A stretch of 32,000 nucleotides of DNA from Candidatus Saccharimonadota bacterium (GTDB taxonomy: Bacteria; Patescibacteriota; Saccharimonadia; Saccharimonadales; UBA4665). This document shows, piece after piece, positions 1 through 8,227 of this stretch; the stretch's first letter is position 1; the number at the start of each line of letters is the position of its first letter. The stretch is from the NCBI GenBank assembly GCA_002952755.1, contig CP025011.1, positions 330,001-362,000 on the forward strand. The letters are read 5' to 3'. Under the pieces are notes generated by a model, which saw only the letters and a list, made by a program, of their open reading frames with translations, was not told the DNA's origin and did not search any database. The translations under genes and the position numbers were made by a program.

Positions 1-81
1 CGAGTAGCCAAAGCGTTTTCATATATGTTTAGTATCGGACGATGGGGGCCGGGCGTCCCAGGCCTAAGAATAGAAAAAATC

Positions 82-111
82 TTGCGCAACAGAGGTCGCG
101 TAGTGTACAAT
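82..111 (+). promoter_or_regulatory. sigma70-type promoter for tRNA-Gly
   Basis: TTGCGC (82-87), 18-nt spacer, TACAAT (106-111). It ends about 14 nt before the tRNA 5' end. Confidence 0.5.
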
Positions 112-125
112 AGCACTCGTTACAT

Positions 126-202
126 GCGGGTTTAGCTCAGTTGTTTAGAGCGCGTCCTTGCCAAGGACGAGGCCAGGGGTTAGAGTCCCCTAACCCGCAC
201 CA
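126..202 (+). tRNA. tRNA-Gly (anticodon GCC), CCA encoded
   Basis: Cloverleaf folded by hand. Acceptor GCGGGTT/AACCCGC (126-132/192-198). D arm GCTC-AGTTGTTTA-GAGC. Anticodon arm CGTCC-TTGCCAA-GGACG. Variable loop AGGCC. T arm AGGGG-TTAGAGT-CCCCT. Discriminator A199, CCA 200-202. Confidence 0.9.
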
Positions 203-214
203 TCGTAGTTCTAG

Positions 215-236
215 AAGACGCTTCGGCGTCTTTTTT
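215..236 (+). terminator. rho-independent terminator after tRNA-Gly
   Basis: Perfect 7-bp stem AAGACGC/GCGTCTT with a TTCG loop, followed by a T-run to 236. Confidence 0.75.
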
Positions 237-418
237 GTTTGAAAATAAGGTGATGAGAGGGCTCACATCGCGGGTGTAAACTTTATTTTCTGAAGTCCAA
301 AAAAGCCGCCTGGAAAAACTAAAAGTTGACACTAAAATCAACTCTTACCCCTGTTAGGGTACAACGTTCAATCTACATTGTGCGACACGAAGTCCGTGAT
401 GGTATAATATTTAAGCAT

Positions 419-1147
419 ATGCAACAAGACCTGCTGGGCGTTACCACCGTAATTCAGCAAAAATACCTTGTATGGCATGGTCTTACTTTTGCTACGACCG
501 ACCTACTCGCTTTTGTTTCATTAGCGATCTTGGCATATACTGCCGTTCAAGCGTTCAAAACGCGAAAAGCCACGGCGCAAGCCGCTATACTGACCGTACT
601 GCCAATTCTCTTTGTTGAATTCGAGAGAACAACGGGTGGCATGAATGCAGAAGAGGGAATGCGCCTCAAGAACGTAGGGAGCGGCCCCGCATTCGACATA
701 CACCTTGACGATGTCACAATAGAGTTCTTAGACATTAAAGATCGTTGGCGACTTAAGATGAATCTAAGGCCCGATCACCTACTGGCTGGCGAATCGCGTT
801 TACTTGGTCGTCGGGTTACCGACCGTCAGGGCGCCATAGTTGATCAAGCAGATCTAATGACGTTCACAATCCGCAATCGTGAAAAGAAGCCGATAAAGCT
901 CATTATCTATTTTCGGGATGTTACGGGGAAGCGATATGTCACGGTTGTTGATAGCGGGAAAGGGATTGCCCGAATAAGAAAGCCGTCCACACCATACGGC
1001 CTAGTGCGCATGGTTAAATATCGCCTTTTGTACCCGCTTTATGGTCTTCTTGGCAGGCCGATATATAGTATGCGCAGATGGCATGAGATGAAATACCATC
1101 CGAACATTTTTACTCATGCTCTGCACGGGTCTAAGAAAAAGAGGTAG
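419..1147 (+). CDS. hypothetical membrane-anchored protein (one hydrophobic helix, beta-sandwich-like C-terminal part)
   Basis: The ORF is open from 326 (TTG). I prefer ATG 419 because TGGTATAAT (400-408) lies just upstream. The helix is LLAFVSLAILAYTAV. The motif MRLKNVGSGPAFDI resembles CARDB/Ig-like strand motifs. No family was recognised. Confidence 0.45.
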   Translation: MQQDLLGVTTVIQQKYLVWHGLTFATTDLLAFVSLAILAYTAVQAFKTRKATAQAAILTVLPILFVEFERTTGGMNAEEGMRLKNVGSGPAFDIHLDDVTIEFLDIKDRWRLKMNLRPDHLLAGESRLLGRRVTDRQGAIVDQADLMTFTIRNREKKPIKLIIYFRDVTGKRYVTVVDSGKGIARIRKPSTPYGLVRMVKYRLLYPLYGLLGRPIYSMRRWHEMKYHPNIFTHALHGSKKKR

Positions 1148-1274
1148 CACATGTTCAGACAGCGATTGCTATAATATTGTTCATTATGGCTTTCCCTATT
1201 AACCACATATATGCACCGCAATTTAACCCCGAACTCAACTTTGCCGTACCTACATTAGGAACCGATGGGAAGTC

Positions 1275-1619
1275 ATGAGTGAACGTGCTGATGTTAAGTT
1301 ATCGGCATCTTTCCATTTTGAGCCAGAGCGGCTAATTGTGGCCCGTCAAAAGCTACCCTTAGACCACAGAGACTTTGTACCCCTGATGATCTTTAATCGT
1401 TCGTTCTCTATGTTGGAGCTGACACTAACAAACTTAGGCGGTGGTGCGGTTGTCATGTCGATCGGTAGGCCTTTCGGTTTTATGCAGGGCAAAGACAACA
1501 ACCGAATCATGCAGGAAACCCAAAAGACGGACGGGATTGTTTTAGCTCCCGACCAAGCGAACAAGGCAAGTGGCGGGCGACATTTGACACGCCTGATCCG
1601 CTCACAAACCTTGATCTAG
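1275..1619 (+). CDS. hypothetical protein
   Basis: 114-codon ORF with GGGAAG 3 nt upstream of the ATG. It contains LTLTNLGGGAVV, the same xNxGxGxA-type motif as the preceding ORF. Confidence 0.4.
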   Translation: MSERADVKLSASFHFEPERLIVARQKLPLDHRDFVPLMIFNRSFSMLELTLTNLGGGAVVMSIGRPFGFMQGKDNNRIMQETQKTDGIVLAPDQANKASGGRHLTRLIRSQTLI

Positions 1620-1905
1620 GCCTATTCAGTTACGGCGTTAGCTTTTACGCCGCGCATGCCGAAACCAAGCTCAACAGAGTACCCTAGCTTACCAGTGTAA
1701 CTCCCTCTCCTTATTGTATTGTTAGCAAATACTCCTGATATGGCACCGCTAGGATATCTCTACAACGAGCTATCTCTAAGGTGATTGGGTGTAAACTTTT
1801 TCCCGCGCTGTGCACCAAATGGGAGTAATCGAACGCTTTGGCGCTTTTTTGTTTGTCGCTGAGGTAATGAGCGGCTGATCTCTGCTGGATGAACTGTTAC
1901 TTTTG

Positions 1906-1933
1906 TTGCACTCACCTGATGAGCGGCTACAAT
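1906..1933 (+). promoter_or_regulatory. sigma70-type promoter for the beta-helix gene
   Basis: TTGCAC (1906-1911), 16-nt spacer, TACAAT (1928-1933). Confidence 0.45.
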
Positions 1934-1989
1934 TTTCGCAATGCCTATCCTGCTTATGTTACTATCAAAGCTATAGGGTGGAGGGTGAT

Positions 1990-3714
1990 ATGGCACGCCT
2001 ACCGATACCGGATAGCGACGACGGAGTTTGGGGAAACGTCCTCAATGATTTTCTAAACCAAGCGCATAACAGCGACGGTAGATTAAAGTCGAGCTCTGTT
2101 GCTGCAGCTGGGCAATCCTCCTTTGTTGACCTATCAACGAATCAGATAATCTCGGGTACCAAAACTTTTTCAGCTGCGCCCGTGGTACCAAGTGGCAGCT
2201 TTCCTGAATCAGCCATTAATGGTCTGGCGACCGACCTAGCGTCCAAAGTTAACGTCGGCGCCTTTACTGCAAAGGGCGGCCTTTTGGCTGGGACGGCCAC
2301 GGGCGCGTTTGCGCAACTGGGCGTCGGCAGCGACGGGCAGACGCTGACAGCTGATTCCACGCAATCTACAGGTTTGAGCTGGAAGATCGGCCCGGCCGGT
2401 ATGGTCGTCAATGTAAAGGATTACGGTGCGACTGGCAACGGAAGCACGGACGATACCGCGGCAATTCAGAACGCCATCACGGTCGCCAAAGCAGATACAC
2501 AAGTGCTGTATTTTCCAAAGGGCAACTACATTATCTCGGCGACCCTGAACGTTGGCGGAGGCTTCCCCGGAGGGCTGTACATTTACGGCGCAGGCTGGGA
2601 TAGTCAAATCTCTCTCACCAATAATGCTAATTGTTATATATTTACACTCAACAATACCTATACACCCGGGCTTGTCATACGGGACTTGTTCCTGAGCTGC
2701 AACGGAGCGAACCAGACGGCTGATAGCGGGGGGATTGATGCGCATGGTGCGGTGTCATGCCGATTTGAAAATTTGCAGATCGATACACCTTTTTATGACG
2801 GCATTTATTTGCACGAAAACGGTGTCGGCGGCTTTGGCCAAGACAATACCATCGATTCCTGTTGGTTTAACAATGGCAAGCACGCGGCTGGCCCGGGACA
2901 AGCATTGGAGATATTTCTTTCGGATGAGAACTATATCGTAAACTGTACTTTTGGAGACAATGGCAACCCGGGCAACGCGTATGCATACCATAATGGCGCC
3001 CAGCCCGGTGGGTTACCCTTCCAGGTATTCGAGTCTGCAGGCCTGCAGCATTTCCTCAACAATTCTTTCGTGAATGGCGGCTCGGGAGTAACGCAGCTGC
3101 GCGCAATCGGAAGCCGAAATGTCTTTGTAGGCAATATCTTCGATGGCGGCTCAGGCCAGCAGTTGCACATCAACGGCAATGCCAATATCATCCAAAGCAA
3201 CATGTTTGTGAATATTGGAAGCGCGGCGGCGTCGGGCAATCCGAAATCAGGGCTGTACCTCGACAGCAAGTCACGCAATATCGCAATCGGCAATGTGTTT
3301 ACACCAATCGCTAGTGGTTCCGGGTTTGCTATCGCTGGCATCTGGGCTGATTTTACGGCAGATAACAACGACATTCGCAACAACGTCTTCAGCTTGGATG
3401 ATACGACGGGGACATGGCAGTACGCGCCGATAAAGCTCAATACGGGCGGCGGCCATAATAACCTTTCAGGTAATGACGGATTCCCGACATTAGGCGTGGG
3501 TGTGGCCAGCATTACGTCTTCGCAAAGTACGGTGACGGTTAATCACGGGCTATCTTTAACCCCCACGAGCGTTCTCATTACGCCGCAGAGTAATCTCAGC
3601 GGTCTTAATTGGTGGGTCAGCAGTGTGAGCTCAACGCAATTTACCCTCAATCTTTCGGCTAATCCGTCAGGCACCATGACCTTTTACTGGCAGGCACAGG
3701 TATTGCAGGGATAG
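1990..3714 (+). CDS. right-handed beta-helix / pectate-lyase-superfamily protein, phage tailspike- or depolymerase-like
   Basis: ATG 1990 is preceded by GGAGGG. The ORF-track start at 1903 lies upstream of the promoter-like site. Motifs: N-terminal LPIPDSDDGVWGNVLNDFL; VNVKDYGATGNGSTDDTAAIQNAI (Pectate_lyase_3-type); many N/G-rich coil repeats (NNSFVNGG, GNIFDGG, SNMFVNIG, GNVFTP, NNVFS); C-terminal beta-sandwich-like TVTVNHGLSLTPTSVLITP...WWVSSVSSTQFTL. Confidence 0.8.
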   Translation: MARLPIPDSDDGVWGNVLNDFLNQAHNSDGRLKSSSVAAAGQSSFVDLSTNQIISGTKTFSAAPVVPSGSFPESAINGLATDLASKVNVGAFTAKGGLLAGTATGAFAQLGVGSDGQTLTADSTQSTGLSWKIGPAGMVVNVKDYGATGNGSTDDTAAIQNAITVAKADTQVLYFPKGNYIISATLNVGGGFPGGLYIYGAGWDSQISLTNNANCYIFTLNNTYTPGLVIRDLFLSCNGANQTADSGGIDAHGAVSCRFENLQIDTPFYDGIYLHENGVGGFGQDNTIDSCWFNNGKHAAGPGQALEIFLSDENYIVNCTFGDNGNPGNAYAYHNGAQPGGLPFQVFESAGLQHFLNNSFVNGGSGVTQLRAIGSRNVFVGNIFDGGSGQQLHINGNANIIQSNMFVNIGSAAASGNPKSGLYLDSKSRNIAIGNVFTPIASGSGFAIAGIWADFTADNNDIRNNVFSLDDTTGTWQYAPIKLNTGGGHNNLSGNDGFPTLGVGVASITSSQSTVTVNHGLSLTPTSVLITPQSNLSGLNWWVSSVSSTQFTLNLSANPSGTMTFYWQAQVLQG

Positions 3715-3748
3715 TTAGTATTTGGGAGTCTGGGGAGATATGACTTAG

Positions 3749-3820
3749 CCACCCCAAAAAAATGTTCGAAACAAAGCGCATCAAGTGCACCAGAAAAGGC
3801 TAAAGACGCGAAGGCTTTTT
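3749..3820 (+). repeat. intergenic repeat copy S1
   Basis: CCACCCC-A-run-TGTTCGAAACAAAG...GTGCACCAG...AAAGACGC. It matches copy S2 at 5867-5946 in the same orientation. Confidence 0.55.
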
Positions 3821-3860
3821 AGATTGACAGCAGATAGCAATAGTGATTGAGTAAAGGCAT

Positions 3861-4838
3861 ATGCCTGAAATGTTAAGCGCACCACTTACTCCAGGCCAGT
3901 ATGGCGCAGCATTACTATGGCGCGAGATGGTGGCTGGCGGTCTACGAGAAGTCCGTGGTGACGTTGCGCCATTAGTACCCGAGTTACTCCGTCCAGAGGT
4001 TGAAGGCTACCAGCAGGCTGGCCGCTTGGCTGAAATTGGTGCACCTTACGCGGAAATGAGCAACCCCAGTCTGACCCGAGAAGAGCGGCGTGCCGCTCGC
4101 TCCAGAAGCGCCCATACGATGTTGTATGTTGGTGCGGTTGCCAACCAGTATGCACGCACAGGCTCTGAAGATTTTTTGCATGACGCACACCGTGCGTTGG
4201 TGAATGGAGAGATGCCGTCGCTGCGAGATGATGATTACGGAATGGCTACGTTAGAGTACGCAGCCACGGTGCGAGGCCAGCTCGGCCTGGAACACAACGC
4301 TGGCGTAGGCGATGCGATTGACGAGATATTCCAAGATTTAAACCGCCAACTACTGGCGCAGTACGAGGAAAGTCAAGCTAGCAGGCGCGACCCGCGGCGT
4401 TTAATGGAGATTGCCATGGGCGCTGGTGCTGCAACTGCCGAAATGGCCGCCGTGGCAGCCGCACAGCCTACCGATGTTCCGGCGTTTACTAGGTTTAGAC
4501 AAGCGGCACGGGCTTTTGGTGCTATTGGTTTCTTGGAGGACCAGGCAACCGGCCGTTTGGTTATGGGTAACTTAGAGACGTACGCTTCGGCAGTTTTGCG
4601 CGAGGAGCCACTCACTTTGCAGGGGGTTCACCACGCCATGAGGCGAATCCACGCTATGCGCCGTCCAGCCGAAGCCCAGAAGGTTCACGAGGGTATGAGC
4701 GTGCTTGAACCTGGCCGCGAACGCAACATGTACGGTTCTCAACTGTGGTTCGCACAGCGCGTGCACCAGCTGCAGCGCCTCTCGGGCTTGCCTGGCCGTC
4801 GCCAGCGTGTAGCCCAGGCCCTTGCGCCATCGCAATAA
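3861..4838 (+). CDS. hypothetical protein (Ala/Arg-rich, GC-rich orphan)
   Basis: 325-codon ORF. Sampled lines are 58-67% GC. No motif was recognised. TTGACA at 3824-3829 lies upstream. Confidence 0.6.
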   Translation: MPEMLSAPLTPGQYGAALLWREMVAGGLREVRGDVAPLVPELLRPEVEGYQQAGRLAEIGAPYAEMSNPSLTREERRAARSRSAHTMLYVGAVANQYARTGSEDFLHDAHRALVNGEMPSLRDDDYGMATLEYAATVRGQLGLEHNAGVGDAIDEIFQDLNRQLLAQYEESQASRRDPRRLMEIAMGAGAATAEMAAVAAAQPTDVPAFTRFRQAARAFGAIGFLEDQATGRLVMGNLETYASAVLREEPLTLQGVHHAMRRIHAMRRPAEAQKVHEGMSVLEPGRERNMYGSQLWFAQRVHQLQRLSGLPGRRQRVAQALAPSQ

Positions 4839-4947
4839 ATAAAGTGATTACTGAGTATAGGTCTCTAACTGGTTTCGGGGTTTTAAGTAGATTCTGTAAG
4901 TTCGCACCAATCGGGACCAATTCATCTTTTTGTCAAATAACACCTAT

Positions 4948-4987
4948 AAATCAGGCCAAATTAGTGTTAAGCTAATTGGCCTGATTT
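4948..4987. terminator. long hairpin between convergent genes (bidirectional terminator candidate)
   Basis: A 16-bp stem with one bulge, AAATCAGGCCAA(A)TTAG / CTAATTGGCCTGATTT, and a 7-nt loop. A/T runs lie on both sides. Confidence 0.55.
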
Positions 4988-5092
4988 AAATTTCGAGGTA
5001 GACTATAACGTTACGGCTTTTGCGACGCATATAGCGTATTCATTAAGCGCCAAGACTCACATGTGCATCCTTGGTGTGCTGTAATTTGCTGC

Positions 5093-5779
5093 TCAGTAAG
5101 CGTCGGTTATCCATTCTGGCTCTCGGCAGTGGGTAGTTTCGACCATCTGCACTTGGGGTGCGGTGTGTAGGGGGAATTGCTCTAGCGTAAAACGCTCCTG
5201 GCCTAGCTCGACAGCAAGATCACAAACAGCGGATGCTTCGTGTGTCGGTCCGATAATGACGGCAACCGGCTCGATGTAATTTGCCGTTCCGTTTTCCGTA
5301 AAGCGCACCGTGAATACCTCTGCCAGTGTAGCGGTGCTCAGTAAACCGCGTGATGCTAAGGTATGTTGTATGTCCACGACGTTATGATCGGGAGGGCGAT
5401 CATAGCTGTCGTCGTCCTGGCCTATATATAAACCGATAGGGATACGATAGGAATCGGGCGCTACATTATCGTCTTCCACTGCTGTACCAAATGATTCGGC
5501 AAGTCGTGCCATGCCCGCCGCACAATCTTCTGGGCGAGTGACGGGATACTTTTTACGAGGATATATAGTACGGGTGAACGAGGTGACGTAGCCGATGGCA
5601 GGATCACGGGTGATAAGGCCAGTGTAGCGGTGTCTTTGCGCTTCTGCTGTTGTATTCACTGTTTGACGGAATTGCTCGTAGGGCATGCTGCCCGGGGAGA
5701 AAGTGAGCTTTGCGCTCCATGCCGGGAATACCTCTGACTCCCAATACTGTTCTTGCGGTGATGGTCGGGCTTCGCCCAT
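5093..5779 (-). CDS. hypothetical protein
   Basis: 228-codon ORF with a strong SD (AAGGAG 7 nt upstream of the ATG). No family was recognised. Confidence 0.65.
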   Translation of the reverse strand: MGEARPSPQEQYWESEVFPAWSAKLTFSPGSMPYEQFRQTVNTTAEAQRHRYTGLITRDPAIGYVTSFTRTIYPRKKYPVTRPEDCAAGMARLAESFGTAVEDDNVAPDSYRIPIGLYIGQDDDSYDRPPDHNVVDIQHTLASRGLLSTATLAEVFTVRFTENGTANYIEPVAVIIGPTHEASAVCDLAVELGQERFTLEQFPLHTAPQVQMVETTHCREPEWITDAY

Positions 5780-5866
5780 GTAATTTCTCCTTATAGTTGA
5801 GCACTATTCTAACGATACTCAGATATCTTTGCTATAGGTGCTAGATAACAACGTTGGTCAGGTAGT

Positions 5867-5946
5867 CCACCCACAAAGGTGTTCGAAACAAAGTGCACCA
5901 GTTTTGAATAATAGAAAAGACGCACCATGTAGGGCGTCTTTTTTAT
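5867..5946 (+). repeat. intergenic repeat copy S2 (includes the terminator hairpin for the lipase gene)
   Basis: CCACCCACAAAGGTGTTCGAAACAAAGTGCACCAG, then AAGACGC...GCGTCT hairpin (5918-5939) flanked by A- and T-runs. It lies downstream of the minus-strand gene that ends at 5977. Confidence 0.55.
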
Positions 5947-5976
5947 TCTGTCAGGCGTTGGTAATGCCGTACAGGG

Positions 5977-6909
5977 CTATATACCGATTTGCTTGAGCAC
6001 GTCTCGGGCCATTACCCGCTGACCTTGTGCATTTGGGTGGAATGCCGCTGGCTCGCCTGGAACGCCTGGGCGTTGCAGCCAGGGGTCGGCGGAGCAGACG
6101 TCGTGCCCGCTAAAGTCCACTGGTGCAAACTGGGTGAACCAGCCGGCCTGCTCGGTTGCCGTGTGTAGAGCATTGTTTAATGCGTCAGCCTCTTTGTTAA
6201 GCCAAGCGACTTCACTTGTTGTTAAGTTGGCATTTATACAGTTCGCTGAGACGGGGTGGTAATAACCGGTTACGATAGTCAGCGGCGCAATAAAGCGGCT
6301 ACGTGCCTGGATGCCAGCGAGCGTACCGGTAAGTTTTGCTTGCATTGTTGCTATATATGCATTCGCCAAAGCAGTGTTGGTGGCTGTATCGCATCGGCTG
6401 GCACTAAAGCAGGCCTGAATGAAGTTTGCCCAGTGTACGTCATTGGCGCCCATGGTAACTGTTAGGAGCGCTGGTGTGCCGTGGGCAAATGCTTGATCCA
6501 GCTGGGGTTGGACAGTGAGGTTGCCTACGGGCTGAGGGGTAGTAAGGTTGTCTGTAGTTGCACTCTGGCAGGCAACGTTCTGGTCGGATAAATGGATTCC
6601 GGTTCCAGAAAAGGCGTCACGAATATGAGCGGCAACAGTGCTGGAGTATGCTTGCGGCGATCGGCCGCAAGCGATATCCACGGCGCTGGCTCCTGCAGCT
6701 GGCGGCAGTCCTAGACCGGCAGCGACAGAGTCGCCCAGCGCTACGTACGATAGGTTCATGCTAAAACGAGTCGATTCGGGCCTAAGTAGGTGGGGTGATG
6801 ATAATGCTGCTGCAGACGCGGTGGTGGGATGTCCAATGGCGCCCATGAACAACATACCAATGATACTGAGTGAGGTAATAACATGTCTGAAAGCTTTCTT
6901 GTGTACCAT
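5977..6909 (-). CDS. secreted SGNH/GDSL-family lipase/esterase
   Basis: Signal-peptide-like N-terminus ending ASAAA. Block I YVALGDSVAAG, block III-like MGANDV, C-terminal FHPN..G. SD AAGGGG. Confidence 0.8.
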   Translation of the reverse strand: MVHKKAFRHVITSLSIIGMLFMGAIGHPTTASAAALSSPHLLRPESTRFSMNLSYVALGDSVAAGLGLPPAAGASAVDIACGRSPQAYSSTVAAHIRDAFSGTGIHLSDQNVACQSATTDNLTTPQPVGNLTVQPQLDQAFAHGTPALLTVTMGANDVHWANFIQACFSASRCDTATNTALANAYIATMQAKLTGTLAGIQARSRFIAPLTIVTGYYHPVSANCINANLTTSEVAWLNKEADALNNALHTATEQAGWFTQFAPVDFSGHDVCSADPWLQRPGVPGEPAAFHPNAQGQRVMARDVLKQIGI

Positions 6910-7037
6910 AATTCCCCTTAATTTACTGGGCTATGTTACAAGGCGTCCGGGCAGCGAGCTGTGAGTATTCTTATAGCTTAGAGCAGGTTTTAGGCTAACA
7001 CCCGGTAAAAATTTTAAAGAAGCTGTATGATGTACTG

Positions 7038-7739
7038 ATGGTCTCTGATACTCCGCACATTGTTATTTTTTCGCATGGTTTTGGCGTTCGCAAGGAAGAC
7101 CGTGGTCTGTTCACTGCAATCGCCAATGCCCTACCGGAAGTCAGGAGTGTGCTGTTCAATTACCATCCTATTAACGAAGCATCTAACACATTGGCTGCAA
7201 CGCCGTTAGATAAACAGGTAAGGAAATTACGCAAGGTTATTAACGCTGCCCGGATAGAATATCCGGGTGCAGTTATCGATCTGGTCTGTCATTCTCAAGG
7301 CTGCATTGCAGCGGCGCTTCTTAAACCACGATATATACGTAAGATTATTATGATTACCCCTCCGGACGATGTACGTGAAGCTACGGTTACCAGGCAATTA
7401 AGTGCACGCAGCGAAATGGCGATTGACACGAGCACCAGGACGCGTCTTCTACGCTCCGATGGCAGCACTACTGTTATACATCCTGAGTATTGGCAAAGCC
7501 TGGTGGGTATAGAACCCACAAAGTTGTACAACAGGTTGGCGAGGTTTACGACCCTTCGCATTATTAACGCCAGACAAGACGAAGTGTTGGGCGACGTCAG
7601 CTTGGAAGGAATTGATCCGAGCATCTCGCTTGTTACCCTGGATGGCAATCATAATTTTGAAGGCGAAGACTCCCGGAACAGGCTGCTCTATATTATGCGG
7701 AAAGAGCTTACTCTTGAGCCTGCGAAACGGCAGGGTTAG
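7038..7739 (+). CDS. alpha/beta-fold hydrolase
   Basis: IVIFSHGFG oxyanion-type motif and nucleophile elbow VCHSQGC. TATGAT lies 6 nt upstream of the ATG. Confidence 0.7.
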   Translation: MVSDTPHIVIFSHGFGVRKEDRGLFTAIANALPEVRSVLFNYHPINEASNTLAATPLDKQVRKLRKVINAARIEYPGAVIDLVCHSQGCIAAALLKPRYIRKIIMITPPDDVREATVTRQLSARSEMAIDTSTRTRLLRSDGSTTVIHPEYWQSLVGIEPTKLYNRLARFTTLRIINARQDEVLGDVSLEGIDPSISLVTLDGNHNFEGEDSRNRLLYIMRKELTLEPAKRQG

Positions 7740-7845
7740 CACTTTAGAAGATTAATGGCGACCATATACCTAAAGCAGGTAATCGGTGATAGTCAAAGTT
7801 AGCATTTGTTAGTAACTCCAGCTTTCGATCCAATTCTTTAGCCTA

Positions 7846-7873
7846 TTGCGGGGTAATCAGTAGATTGTATAAT
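7846..7873 (+). promoter_or_regulatory. strong sigma70-type promoter
   Basis: TTGCGG (7846-7851), 16-nt spacer, perfect TATAAT (7868-7873). Confidence 0.5.
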
Positions 7874-7879
7874 AGTAAC

Positions 7880-8227
7880 ATGCGCGCTGAAGAGATCCCT
7901 GGAGAAAATCCGGAAGCCAGAATACGTCCACCCGTAACCTTAGTGCCATGTTCTAGGGGAGAGAACTTAGATAGTGCTGGAAGGCCTGCAAGCCCTGCAA
8001 CATCCCCTCCTGGAAGCACGAACTATGAGCCGCATGCGTGGCAAATCACACCAACCCATGGATATGATGGGGAGATAAGTGAGGAAGCTAAGGGAGTGCT
8101 CGGGGACTGGATGCCACTAAGAAAAATTCGTGACTTACTTGGTGAGCCGGGAGTTGACTTTCAGCAAAGTGGATCCACTGGGATATGCCCTGATCATGCT
8201 AATTCTCCAGAGGTTCGTGGTTACTAG
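7880..8227 (+). CDS. hypothetical Pro/Gly/Glu-rich protein (probable leaderless start)
   Basis: ATG 7880 lies exactly 6 nt after TATAAT, the same geometry as many other genes here. The 115-codon product is low-complexity and no family was recognised. Confidence 0.4.
   Translation: MRAEEIPGENPEARIRPPVTLVPCSRGENLDSAGRPASPATSPPGSTNYEPHAWQITPTHGYDGEISEEAKGVLGDWMPLRKIRDLLGEPGVDFQQSGSTGICPDHANSPEVRGY

Noticed and set aside
1-22. Possible minus-strand gene start at the left edge (complement reads ATGAAAACGCTTTGGCTACTCG, MKTLWLL...).
   Set aside because: Only 7 codons lie inside the window and there is no clear SD or -10 geometry, so the evidence is too thin to call.
326-418. TTG start at 326 for the first ORF, and the 1903 start for the beta-helix gene.
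   Set aside because: Both extensions contain promoter-like elements (TGGTATAAT 400-408; TTGCAC-16-TACAAT 1906-1933). Better starts exist downstream: ATG 419, and ATG 1990 with GGAGG.
2142-3512. Long antisense and alternative-frame ORFs inside the beta-helix gene (2142..2411, 2236..2745, 2755..2991, 2931..3512). The same kind of ORF occurs inside other large genes (9556..9936, 15346..16057, 18925..19407, 19934..20317, 21438..21779, 31116..31421).
   Set aside because: These are shadow ORFs lying entirely within well-supported genes. Their composition is odd (Arg/Cys/Ser-rich) and they have no start signals.
3765-5901. The S repeats as tRNA 3'-end fragments (TTCGAA T-loop-like plus ...GCACCA), which would make them classic att sites.
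   Set aside because: The bases flanking TTCGAAA do not form a T stem. The sequence does not match the 3' half of the tRNA-Gly in this window (…GGTTAGAGTCCCCTAACCCGCACCA).
214-5946. An integron-like cassette array, with the repeats acting as attC sites.
   Set aside because: There are no GTTRRRY/RYYYAAC core sites and no intI in the window. The cassettes have their own promoters and mixed orientations.
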